64,000 bases of DNA from Candidatus Latescibacterota bacterium (GTDB lineage Bacteria; Latescibacterota; UBA2968; UBA8231), in NCBI GenBank assembly GCA_965208105.1, contig OZ242318.1, positions 2,624,001 to 2,688,000 of the forward strand, written 5' to 3'. The notes beneath the pieces were generated by a model. It was not told the DNA's origin. It searched no databases and saw only the letters and a list, made by a program, of their open reading frames with translations. Shown here piece by piece: positions 9,306 through 18,237 of this stretch; position 1 is the first letter of the stretch, and each line of letters opens with the position of its first letter. A program made the position numbers and the translations under genes.

Positions 9306-9776
9306 TCAATGTTTGGTTGATCTGGGTGTTATCCGATTGTCAAGTCCGGATTTGTGAAACAACGCCATCGCCCTAACTATCACTTCCAAATGTTTATCCT
9401 CCATTTGGTCCAATAGCCCAATAATCCGCTGTCGGCCCAAGCGCCAGAATTGTTCCAGCTTCTCTCTTCCTTTGTGCGTGAGTTGGCAGACTACGACTCT
9501 GCGGTCATGTTCATCCGATACGCGCTCCACAAGCTCTTGTCTTACCAGGCGGTCTACAGTGCTAGTCGTAGCCGAGAAAGTACCGCCCAGGTATCTGGAT
9601 ACAGTGCCCATTCGCATGGGCCCCAATTGTTCCAAAATTACCATAGTTTTTATTTGAGGAACGGTCATGTCGAGGCCAGGCCAATTTTCCAGATGGCCGC
9701 TGTACATCCATCGGCACATATTTTCCGCCTCATTTGCAAGCCGCTCGATTATTTCCTTCCGGTATTTACCTTGCAT
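9306..9776 (-). CDS. MarR family transcriptional regulator
   Basis: MTVPQ...L...GP...S.TT..VDRLV...LVER.....DRRVV..QLT.KG. Confidence 0.85.
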   Translation of the reverse strand: MQGKYRKEIIERLANEAENMCRWMYSGHLENWPGLDMTVPQIKTMVILEQLGPMRMGTVSRYLGGTFSATTSTVDRLVRQELVERVSDEHDRRVVVCQLTHKGREKLEQFWRLGRQRIIGLLDQMEDKHLEVIVRAMALFHKSGLDNRITPRSTKH

Positions 9777-9837
9777 CAACTCCCTTCCTTAGAGGACAGT
9801 TTGCGATGATTATCATTTTTGATTTACTCTGTGCCTT

Positions 9838-10023
9838 CAAGCCCAGGTCAAAGCCTTTTATGACAAGCTCATCACCGCCGGCAAAAGCCGATGCAGGCCA
9901 TTGTCGCCGTGATGCGAAAGCTGTTGCACGCTATCGGGGGAGTATGGAACTGCAACCAGGATTTCGACGGCCGGAAATTTCACAGAATGGCCGCATAGTC
10001 CCCTTACCTATTAGAGAGTATCT
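9838..10023 (+). pseudogene. IS110 transposase C-terminal fragment plus probable right end
   Basis: QVKAFYDKLITAGK, then a frameshift to KPMQAIVAVMRKLLHAIGGVW...FDGRKF, ending in agagagtatct. Confidence 0.65.
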
Positions 10024-10075
10024 TAAACAAGCCCAGGTATGAGGTAAGAGGGAAAGGTCGGTTAGAGGCCATATA

Positions 10076-10135
10076 CGGCCTCACAGCGCTTTGGCCTACC
10101 GGCCTCCAGCGCCTGAAGCCGTCCTGCCCCCTCCC
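10076..10135 (+). pseudogene. IS3 OrfB C-terminal scrap
   Basis: RPHSALAYRPPAPEAVLP resembles the RPHSALGYRPPAPE tail of IS3 transposases. Confidence 0.55.
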
Positions 10136-10316
10136 TTACATCGACATCAATCCGCGCAAATATACGACTCGAAACCGACCATGATGTACCAGCAGCTTCG
10201 AGTCGTTAATTTTATGCTACCCTTGCCGCGCCCTGACAACCCGGGCACTCCTCTAAAATTTATGAATTTAGACCTTATCCGAAGTGAAGAATTACCTCTA
10301 TCTGCGACTGTCTCCT

Positions 10317-10403
10317 GAGCAGCTTGGTGATTATCTGCTCGGTCGTACATCGTTTTCTGGCCATTCTGCCTCCCTGGCCATCCTGTCTCCCTATTGAAGT
10401 CCA
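10317..10403 (-). pseudogene. IS3-type left end with OrfA start scrap
   Basis: ggagg SD followed by ATG (10364) MARKRCTTEQIITKL, resembling IS3 OrfA N-termini. Confidence 0.55.
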
Positions 10404-10424
10404 ATCTATAACCATCTTATCTTC

Positions 10425-11753
10425 CTACTGCGCCGTAGGAGGTGATGATTGACCGTCATGGTCACTGCCCCAGCACACTACTGAGGCATCATCCAGTATT
10501 CCACAGTTATGGTAGCTTCCTGAGCTGATTTGGGAAAATTTACCCTGGGGAGGTGAAGACTGGCCCTCTTCATCATCACCCCAACATTTGACAGAGCCAT
10601 CGGTCATTACTCCGCACGTATGATGCTGTCCCGAGCTGACCGAGACAAATTCACCTTCAGGAGGACTCCCTTCTCCGCTCAGGTCCTGCCCCCAACAAAC
10701 GACAGTTCCGTCCGCTCTTACCCCACAGCTATGAGCAAAGGAGGCGGTAACATCAATGAATGACCCCTCTGGTGGAGTAGCCTTGTCGAGAAAATCATCT
10801 CCCCAGCATTCAACGGTGCCATCAATCTTCACGCCACAGACATGATCTCCTCCTGCACTGACAGAGACAAACACACCCTCAGCAGGATCAGTTTTTCCAT
10901 CGTCTTCATCTCCCCAGCACTCAACCGAACCATTGGGCCTCACTCCACAGGTAAATTGCGTTCCGGCGCTGATCGAAGAAAACTCCCCAGAAGGAGGAGA
11001 TAATTCTCCTGAAGAATCGCCTCCCCAGCAGACTACCGAGCCATCCATCCTGATTCCGCAAGCATGGGCCCAGCCTGCACTGACGGAAGAAAAAATTCCT
11101 GGTGGTGGGGTGGTCAGATCAAACAAATCGTCTCCCCAACAAACAACTGATCCGTCCACCCCCACTCCACAAGTAAAATCATCCCCGGCGCCAACGGAGA
11201 TGAATTCAGATATTACCGCCTCATCCTCTGTCTCTGAAACCTGGGGTCTTTCCTCTTCAGGCAAAGCCAGCTCAACCAATTCTTCATCTATGCAGTCTGC
11301 ATTCACCATACGGGAAAGAACGTCCTTATCCATTGCCACAACCGCTCCGGCTAAACTCTGCTGATGCTCCAGGGCAAGGATAAAAATAAGGCTGATAAGG
11401 AAATCGTCCTCCGACTGACCCTCCTGAGGACCTTCGTCCAATCTCCTTCCCAGGTCTCTTTGATAGACTAGTAACGCCTGGTGCCAGTCAGAAACCTCGA
11501 CTGGAGGCTCTACCGACTCCAAGCTCTGGTGATACTGCTGCAACACGGAAGAAAAATTCTCAAGAGCATCTCCTCCTGCCGGAACCGACAAGGACGCAAA
11601 ACCCCCACACACCAACAGGTATTCATCCAAAGACAAAGGAGAGCTCGATGGCTCCTCCTGGACTACCTCTGGCTCAGGATCCTCCGAGGACGACGGACTA
11701 TCCAGGCAAGAAGCCATAGAAAAAGCCAGAAACAAAGATAAAATGAATCTCAT
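10425..11753 (-). CDS. Lipoprotein with RCC1-like beta-propeller repeats
   Basis: Signal peptide MRFILSLFLAFSMAS-C. Seven repeats of SVSAG..HTCGV..DGSV.CWG.D..G...PP.G.F. Confidence 0.85.
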   Translation of the reverse strand: MRFILSLFLAFSMASCLDSPSSSEDPEPEVVQEEPSSSPLSLDEYLLVCGGFASLSVPAGGDALENFSSVLQQYHQSLESVEPPVEVSDWHQALLVYQRDLGRRLDEGPQEGQSEDDFLISLIFILALEHQQSLAGAVVAMDKDVLSRMVNADCIDEELVELALPEEERPQVSETEDEAVISEFISVGAGDDFTCGVGVDGSVVCWGDDLFDLTTPPPGIFSSVSAGWAHACGIRMDGSVVCWGGDSSGELSPPSGEFSSISAGTQFTCGVRPNGSVECWGDEDDGKTDPAEGVFVSVSAGGDHVCGVKIDGTVECWGDDFLDKATPPEGSFIDVTASFAHSCGVRADGTVVCWGQDLSGEGSPPEGEFVSVSSGQHHTCGVMTDGSVKCWGDDEEGQSSPPQGKFSQISSGSYHNCGILDDASVVCWGSDHDGQSSPPTAQ

Positions 11754-11799
11754 GGTTTTCTCCGGGTTAAAGGCCGTCATTAGACGAAATCCTTCCCCC

Positions 11800-12153
11800 C
11801 TAAGGCAGTTTCTCAATCTTCCACCTATCGCTATCTTCAATTATGCTCGCTACAAAGCCTTCCAAGTCAATGCCTTCGCCATCGCATTGCCACCTTTCTC
11901 CGCCATCTGCATAGTAGATTTTATAGCATCCGGTCCCTCCCTCCCAAACCTCAAAAATATCATCATCTCCTACCAAGCATTTTTCCCCTGGCCCAAGCTC
12001 CTGGCCTACGGTGCAAGGCGACGGCAATACTTCTTCCGTTTCTCCCACTTCCTGCCCCTGCTCTTGTTCTGGCCCATTTTCAGGTTGGGTTGAACTATCA
12101 CCTGAGCAGGAAATCAGGAAAATCATGGACAGAAGGAATAAATAATTTTTCAT
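11800..12153 (-). CDS. Small acidic Cys-containing lipoprotein
   Basis: Lipobox MKNYLFLLSMIFLIS-C, an acidic linker and four further Cys. Confidence 0.7.
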   Translation of the reverse strand: MKNYLFLLSMIFLISCSGDSSTQPENGPEQEQGQEVGETEEVLPSPCTVGQELGPGEKCLVGDDDIFEVWEGGTGCYKIYYADGGERWQCDGEGIDLEGFVASIIEDSDRWKIEKLP

Positions 12154-12460
12154 TGTCTTCTTCTCTCGTTGTAAGGTGAATGGCGAGTTCTTTTTTCCAT
12201 TGCCATTCGCCATTTCTTCAACATACGGCGCCGACAACCGAAATCGGAGGAGGTCTTTCAATTGGTGTTTGGAAAGAAAGGCAACCACCCTCCTCGCCAA
12301 GCGAGGGGACGGTCGTACCGGAGGTGGTGATCAGGATGCCAACGGAGCTGTTGGCACCCCTCGGCAGAAGGCAATTTCCTGCCCAAAAATTCCGTAAGGT
12401 TGAAAATTGCCACATGTTGAAATTTTAAATTCCCCGTAATATCAAATGAACATAAATATT

Positions 12461-12486
12461 TTATTTTCACATAGTTGTGAAAATAA
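12461..12486. promoter_or_regulatory. Perfect palindromic operator-like site in an AT-rich divergent intergenic region
   Basis: ttattttcaca-tagt-tgtgaaaataa (11-bp arms). Confidence 0.5.
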
Positions 12487-12735
12487 TTATTGACTTGAAT
12501 TCTAGCAATAGATGGAAAAGTACAGTGTGCTTTTTTGCCACGGATTGGGAAATTTTGTGGATGAGCGAGATTCATTCTCAAGTTGACGGGTGACCTGCCC
12601 CCACGAGTGGTGCAAGCCCTGAGTCAGAGAGGGAATCACAGGGGTCCATCCCACGATTAGAGCACATGGACAAAACATGCGATTTCTCTACTTTTTCATC
12701 CTGCCCATCGCACCCGCACCGGAGGAGCCCCGTCC

Positions 12736-13572
12736 ATGGACCTGGAATTCGTCAGAGAGACGCCCACCGTGATCAACCTGCGCGCCGGCGAGCGCCTGAC
12801 CCTTTCGCGCTACGTCTGGCACGCCGGTCAATACCCGCACGTCACCTGCCTGCTGGGGCCGGGGGGGCGCAACGTCCTCGAGGACCAGCCCGCCGACCAC
12901 CTCCACCACCACGGGGTCTGCTTCTCCCACGGGGTGGTCAACGACGATCTCGATTTCTACCTGTACCGCCAGAAGCGCAACCGCGGCAGGATCCAGGTGG
13001 CAGGGGAGGTGGCCACCGAGGCCGAGGGCAACGTAGCCGCCCTGTCCCATGACAGCACGTGGATAATGCCCGACGGCAACCCCCTGTTCACCGACTCCCG
13101 CTCCATGCGCTGGGAGGTCCTCGACAACGGCGAGCTCTACCTCGACGCGGCCATCGTGCTGCGCACCCTCGACACCCCCGCCACCCTGCATCCGACCAAC
13201 GAATCGGGCATGCCCCTGGTGCGGCCCGCCGACTGGCTCGTCGCCGTTCACGGTGGGGTGCTCACCGACAGCGAGGGGCGCCGCGGCGAGAAGGAAATGT
13301 TCGGCAAGGCGGCGCGCTGGATCGACGAAAGCGCGGAGACCAACGGGCGATGGCTCGGGCTGGCCATCTTCGACCATCCGTCCAACCCGGTCCCGGCGCA
13401 CTGGTTCGCCCGCGACTACGGTCCGCTTTCCCCCAACTACAACTACTTCACCGGCCCCATCGAGCTCGGCAGCGGAGACCAGCTCTCATTGAAATACCGC
13501 ATCTTCGTCCACGCCGGCCCGGGGGACGCCGACCGTCTCAACGCCGAATGCGACAAATTCGCCGAGGCCTAG
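12736..13572 (+). CDS. DUF6807/PmoA-like family protein (not a true methane monooxygenase subunit)
   Basis: PADHLHHHGVCFSH, G+AARWID and AIFDHPSN...WFARDYG..SPN motifs; ggagg SD. Confidence 0.7.
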   Translation: MDLEFVRETPTVINLRAGERLTLSRYVWHAGQYPHVTCLLGPGGRNVLEDQPADHLHHHGVCFSHGVVNDDLDFYLYRQKRNRGRIQVAGEVATEAEGNVAALSHDSTWIMPDGNPLFTDSRSMRWEVLDNGELYLDAAIVLRTLDTPATLHPTNESGMPLVRPADWLVAVHGGVLTDSEGRRGEKEMFGKAARWIDESAETNGRWLGLAIFDHPSNPVPAHWFARDYGPLSPNYNYFTGPIELGSGDQLSLKYRIFVHAGPGDADRLNAECDKFAEA

Positions 13573-13651
13573 TTCTCCTTCCCGCATTGCAGGGTCTTGA
13601 GCCGGTGCCTGCCAGGGCCCCATTCTCCGCGGCAGCGAAGGATTCGACCAC

Positions 13652-15676
13652 GTGAACGCCAAAATGCAGTGGGGCATTCTCGGCACCGGGCGCATCGCCG
13701 CGGTCTTTGCCGCTGCGCTGGCTCGATCGAGCACCGGCGGCCTGCTGGCCGTCGCCAGCCGCAGCCGGGAAAAAGCCGAAGACTTCGGCGCCAGGTTCGA
13801 CGTGCCCAGACGCCATGGCACCTATGCGGAACTGCTCGCCGACGGCGGCGTGGAAGCCGTATACATTTCCCTTCCCAACCACATGCACCTGCAGTGGACC
13901 ATCCGCTGCGCCGCGGCGGGCAAGGCCATCCTGTGCGAGAAACCCCTGGCCACCAACGCCGCCGAGGCCATGGTTGCGGTGGAGGCCGCGCGCCGCCACG
14001 GGGTCTTTCTCATGGAAGCCTTCATGTACCGCTGCCATCCGCAGACCGCCCGCCTGGTCCGCCTCGTCCGCGAGCGCGCAATCGGCGAGCTGCGCCTGAT
14101 CCAGGCCCACTTCAGCTACAACATGGGCCCCCGCTACGAGAACATCCGCCTCTCCAACCCTGCCGCCGGGGGTGGCATCATGGACGTGGGATGTTACACC
14201 GTATCCATGTGCCGCCTGCTGGCGGGAGCCGCCCTGGGCACCGATTTCGCCGACCCGGTGGCGGTCAAGGGCGCCGGCCACGTCGGCGCCGCCAGCCGCG
14301 TCGACGAATGGGCGACGGCGGTGCTGCACTTCGACGGAGACATCGTCGCCAACGCGAGCTGCGGCACCCAGGTGGAGGTGGACCCGGCCCTGCGCATCTG
14401 GGGAAGCGAGGGCCGTATCATCGTCCCCAACCCCTGGTTTCCCGGCCGCAGCGGCGAGCCCGGCCTCATTGCCGTGCGGCGCTCCGACAGGCGCCGGACC
14501 TGGAATATCAGGGTGCGGTCCGACGCCCCGCTCTACACCGTCGAGGCCGACGTGGTGGCCCGCAACCGGAGAAAAGCGCGGCAGGCGCCGCCGCCGTGCA
14601 TGACCTGGGCCGACTCCATCGGCAACATGCGCACCCTCGACGCCTGGCGGCGGGAGCTCGGCCTCGTCTTCGACCGCGAGCTCGACGAGGCCCTCGCCAC
14701 CCCGCTCTCGGGGGAGACTCTCGAGCGCCGCGCCGAGTCCGCCATGCCCTGCGGCCGGGTCGCCGGGGTCGACCTCCCCATCTCCCGCGTGGTCATGGGG
14801 TCCATGGCCCTGGCCGCGGGCGACATGCCCTTCGCCTGCGCCCTTCTCGACCACTACTTCGAGCACGGCGGCAACGCCATCGACACCGCCTACCTCTACG
14901 GCGGCGGCGCCTGCGAGCGCGCCCTCGGCAGGTGGATCGAGCTCCGCCGCCTGCGCGGCCGCATCGTCATCATCGACAAAGGGGGGCACACTCCTCTCAA
15001 CTATCCCGAGTACGTCGACCGCCAGATCCGCGAATCCCTGGAGCGCCTGCGCACCGACTACATCGACATCTACTTCCTGCACCGCGACAATCCGGAGATT
15101 CCTGTCGGCGAGTTCGTCGACTGCCTCAACGACCACAGGGAGGCAGGCCGCATCCGCGCCTTCGGGGGTTCCAACTGGACCCCCGATCGCATCGATGCCG
15201 CCAACCGCTACGCCGCCTCGAAGGGCATCGGCGGATTTGCCGCCAGCAGCCCGAACTTCGCCCTGGCGCGCTGGAACGAACCCATGTGGAGCCCCGACTG
15301 CACCACCGCCAGGGACGAGGGCGCCTTCTCCTGGTATCTGCAAAGAAAAATGCCCGTGTTCGCCTGGTCATCCCAGGCCACGGGCTTCTTCAGCGGCCGC
15401 TTCAAGCCGGGCGACGAGAAGAAACTGCCTCCCAAGCACCCGGCCAGGGTATGGTTCAACGAGGGCAACTTCCGCCGCCTCGAGCGCGCCCGCGAGCTGG
15501 CGCGGAAAAAGGGCGTGACCCCCACCCGGATCGCCCTGGCCTACGTCCTCTGCCAGCCCCTCGACATCTACGCCCTCATCGGCCCCTGCACCCTGGATGA
15601 ATCCAGGGATTCACTGCAGGCCCCTGGCCTGAGCCTGAGCAGCGCCGAAATGCGCTGGCTTGACCTCGAATCCTGA
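13652..15676 (+). CDS. Gfo/Idh/MocA oxidoreductase fused to aldo/keto reductase
   Basis: N-half: WGILGTGRIA, LCEKP, GGGIMDVGCY. C-half: DTAYLYG, SLERLRTDYIDIYFLHRD, GGSNW. Confidence 0.9.
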   Translation: MNAKMQWGILGTGRIAAVFAAALARSSTGGLLAVASRSREKAEDFGARFDVPRRHGTYAELLADGGVEAVYISLPNHMHLQWTIRCAAAGKAILCEKPLATNAAEAMVAVEAARRHGVFLMEAFMYRCHPQTARLVRLVRERAIGELRLIQAHFSYNMGPRYENIRLSNPAAGGGIMDVGCYTVSMCRLLAGAALGTDFADPVAVKGAGHVGAASRVDEWATAVLHFDGDIVANASCGTQVEVDPALRIWGSEGRIIVPNPWFPGRSGEPGLIAVRRSDRRRTWNIRVRSDAPLYTVEADVVARNRRKARQAPPPCMTWADSIGNMRTLDAWRRELGLVFDRELDEALATPLSGETLERRAESAMPCGRVAGVDLPISRVVMGSMALAAGDMPFACALLDHYFEHGGNAIDTAYLYGGGACERALGRWIELRRLRGRIVIIDKGGHTPLNYPEYVDRQIRESLERLRTDYIDIYFLHRDNPEIPVGEFVDCLNDHREAGRIRAFGGSNWTPDRIDAANRYAASKGIGGFAASSPNFALARWNEPMWSPDCTTARDEGAFSWYLQRKMPVFAWSSQATGFFSGRFKPGDEKKLPPKHPARVWFNEGNFRRLERARELARKKGVTPTRIALAYVLCQPLDIYALIGPCTLDESRDSLQAPGLSLSSAEMRWLDLES

Positions 15677-15932
15677 TCGGCCTCGCCAAGTGGCCGGAAC
15701 CCGCCAGGCGGTTATGGAGTAGAATTGCGGCGGCTGCGGCACACCAGTGAAGAGCGGGCGGCCGCAGCCTGTCGCCGCGCGCGCAAGCAAGCCTGCGAAC
15801 GAGGACGCTGAAGCGCGCGGCTCGCCAGGCGACTGAGCTGGTCGTGCGGGAGTGCAGTGCGAGAGCGGGCCACGCCGCCGAACTGGGGATGGAGCGGGCG
15901 GCCGCATTCACGCGGAATGGCGCCGGCGGGCA

Positions 15933-16928
15933 CTAGGCGTAGCGCACCGCCACCTTTATCACCTCGTCAGGCGCCTGATATATCTTGCCGTAGGTACGGG
16001 GCAACTCCTCCGGCGTCACGATGGAGTGGGGCAACCCGTGAGGCACCAGATCGCCGCGCGCGAAGAACTCGGTCAGCGCGGCGAAGATCCGCTGATTGCT
16101 CCAGAACAGGTCGCGCTGGGGCGCGCTGCAGGCCCGCGCCGAGATGATGTTGATCTGGTTGAAGTGGAACTCCGCGCCCAGGTCCAGGCCTTTGGACTCG
16201 CCCGTATAGAACGCCAGCGGCACCACGTTTCCGGCGTAGCGGGCGGCCTGGATCGCCTGGTCGAGGGCGCCGTAGTGGCCGCTGGCCTCGATCGCCACGT
16301 CCGCACCGTCGGCGAACCATTGGCGCGACGCCATGGCGAAATCCCCCACTTCCCCCGGGTCCACCGCCACCACCTCCACCGCCCCCGACAGGCGCGCCAG
16401 CTGCACGCTCAGAAGCCCGATGGCGCCCATTCCGAAGACGATCACCTTCTCGCCCACGCGCACATTGCCGTCCCGCACCGCGGCCATGGCGAAGCTGGCC
16501 GGGTCCATGCAGCAGGCCGCCTCCGGGGTAAACCCGGAGACCAGCTTCTCGAACTGCGCTCCCTGGTGCACGGTCTGAAAACCACCGTATCCCCACACCC
16601 GGTCACCCTCCTTGAGGTCCTTGACCTGAGCGCCCACCGCCATCACCGTACCCACCGTTGTATTGCCGCATCCGGCCCAGGCGGCCGGGTCGTAATTCCT
16701 TTGCCGGCTGCGGTCGAACACCTTCTCTTCCCTCAGATAAGGGGTGGTGGAATAAATCGCCTTGCCGAGAAACTGCGACATCTCGGTACCGTGCTTGGCC
16801 GCGGTAAGCTCGCTTTTGACCCTCACCTGCTCCGGTCCCAGGGGATCCAGGGAGCAGGGCTCCCAGCGCGGCTTGAATTCGTTGTTGCACACCAGCCTCT
16901 TCAACTCGACGCCATCTATTTCCGCCAT
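15933..16928 (-). CDS. MDR/zinc-binding alcohol dehydrogenase-like protein, possibly with an internal deletion
   Basis: KHGTE, VFGMGAIG Rossmann motif, DVAIEASG. Confidence 0.8.
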   Translation of the reverse strand: MAEIDGVELKRLVCNNEFKPRWEPCSLDPLGPEQVRVKSELTAAKHGTEMSQFLGKAIYSTTPYLREEKVFDRSRQRNYDPAAWAGCGNTTVGTVMAVGAQVKDLKEGDRVWGYGGFQTVHQGAQFEKLVSGFTPEAACCMDPASFAMAAVRDGNVRVGEKVIVFGMGAIGLLSVQLARLSGAVEVVAVDPGEVGDFAMASRQWFADGADVAIEASGHYGALDQAIQAARYAGNVVPLAFYTGESKGLDLGAEFHFNQINIISARACSAPQRDLFWSNQRIFAALTEFFARGDLVPHGLPHSIVTPEELPRTYGKIYQAPDEVIKVAVRYA

Positions 16929-16970
16929 CCGTATCTCTCCTTTTCTCCTCGCCCTTCCATTTCGCCCGGC

Positions 16971-18149
16971 TCAGGGATCGTAGATGAGTACTTCCTGGCG
17001 CAGGCGGGCAAATTCCTTCAGATCGCCTTCCCACGAGGCCAGGATCTCGCCCACCGGGGCTCCGCCCTCCATGGCCCGGCGGATCCGGTCCGTGCCGGCC
17101 AGTTTGTCGAAGTTGTGGATGCCCCGGCGCGGCAGGTTCCAGGCAAACTCCCGCGGCCAAAGCTTTCGCACCATGGCAAGGGCCTCGAAGCCGGTGCGCA
17201 CCGGCTCGAAGCCGGGGCGCTCGATCACGTGGACCTGGACGCCCCGGCAGGTCTGCCCCGCGTACTTGCCGGCGGCGGGGCAGAAGTAGAGCGGCCGGAA
17301 GTGGACGCCGGGCAGGTCGAGGGAATTCAGGTGCCCGGCCAGCAGGTCGCCGTCGATGAAGGGGGCGCCGACCTGCTCGAATGGCCGGGTGGTCCCGCGG
17401 CCCTCGGAGATGTTGGTGCCCTCGAAGAAGCACATCCCCGGATAGACCACGGCGGTGTCGACCCCGGGCATGTTGGGAGACGGAGGCACCCAGGGCAACC
17501 CCGTTTCCTCCCAGTAGAAACCGCGCCGCCAGCCGCGCATCTCCACCACGCGGAGGTCGGCGCCGGGGACGAATTCCCGGCGGATGAGGCAGGCTAGCTC
17601 GCCGATGCTCAGCCCGTAGCGGATGGGGATGGGGTAGAGCCCGACGAAGGAGGCGAAGTCAGGGTCGAGGAGGTTGCCTTCCACGGTCTCTCCGCCGATG
17701 GGGTTGGGACGGTCGAGGACGACGAAGGGAAGGCCTCTGGCGGCGCAGGCCTCCATGGCGAGGCTCATGGTGTAGAGGTAGGTATAGAAACGCGCGCCGA
17801 CGTCCTGGATGTCGAAGAGCATCACCTCGATTCCGTCGAGCATGGCGTCGTCGGGCCGGCGCCTGGCGCCGTACAGACTGTAGGCGGGGACCCCGGTTTG
17901 CGCGTCCCTGGTCGTGGGGACCTCGGCGCCGTCGGCGGCGCAGCCGCGGATGCCGTGCTCGGGGCCGAAGAGGGCAACCAGCTCGGTCCCGGCCTCCCGG
18001 TGAAGGCGGTCGGCGGTGAGGCGCAGGGAGCCGTCCACTCCCGAGTGATTGGTGATGAGGCCGACGCGCCTGCCGGCGATCAGGTCGAAGGCCTCCTCGA
18101 AAAGACGCTCATTGCCCGGAACCACCCGCCGGCGCGGCGTCTTCCTCAT
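16971..18149 (-). CDS. DUF1343 family exo-beta-N-acetylmuramidase (NamZ-like)
   Basis: GLITNHSG, LFGPEHG, FDIQDVGARFYTY, VLDRPNP, SEGRGT. Confidence 0.9.
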   Translation of the reverse strand: MRKTPRRRVVPGNERLFEEAFDLIAGRRVGLITNHSGVDGSLRLTADRLHREAGTELVALFGPEHGIRGCAADGAEVPTTRDAQTGVPAYSLYGARRRPDDAMLDGIEVMLFDIQDVGARFYTYLYTMSLAMEACAARGLPFVVLDRPNPIGGETVEGNLLDPDFASFVGLYPIPIRYGLSIGELACLIRREFVPGADLRVVEMRGWRRGFYWEETGLPWVPPSPNMPGVDTAVVYPGMCFFEGTNISEGRGTTRPFEQVGAPFIDGDLLAGHLNSLDLPGVHFRPLYFCPAAGKYAGQTCRGVQVHVIERPGFEPVRTGFEALAMVRKLWPREFAWNLPRRGIHNFDKLAGTDRIRRAMEGGAPVGEILASWEGDLKEFARLRQEVLIYDP

Positions 18150-18237
18150 GGCCGCGCTGCGCCCGCGGTGGAGGAGCAGGAGGACCGGCGTCCGCGAGAC
18201 CGCCGACGCGGCTGCGGGGCCGATTGGAGCAAACCCG

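Noticed and set aside
12589-12665. tgacctgccccc, resembling an IS3-family terminal repeat
   Set aside because: No partner IR or transposase fragment is discernible; too short to call.
12736-13572. Methane monooxygenase because of the 'PmoA' family label
   Set aside because: Soluble DUF6807-type sequence with no pmoB or pmoC nearby.
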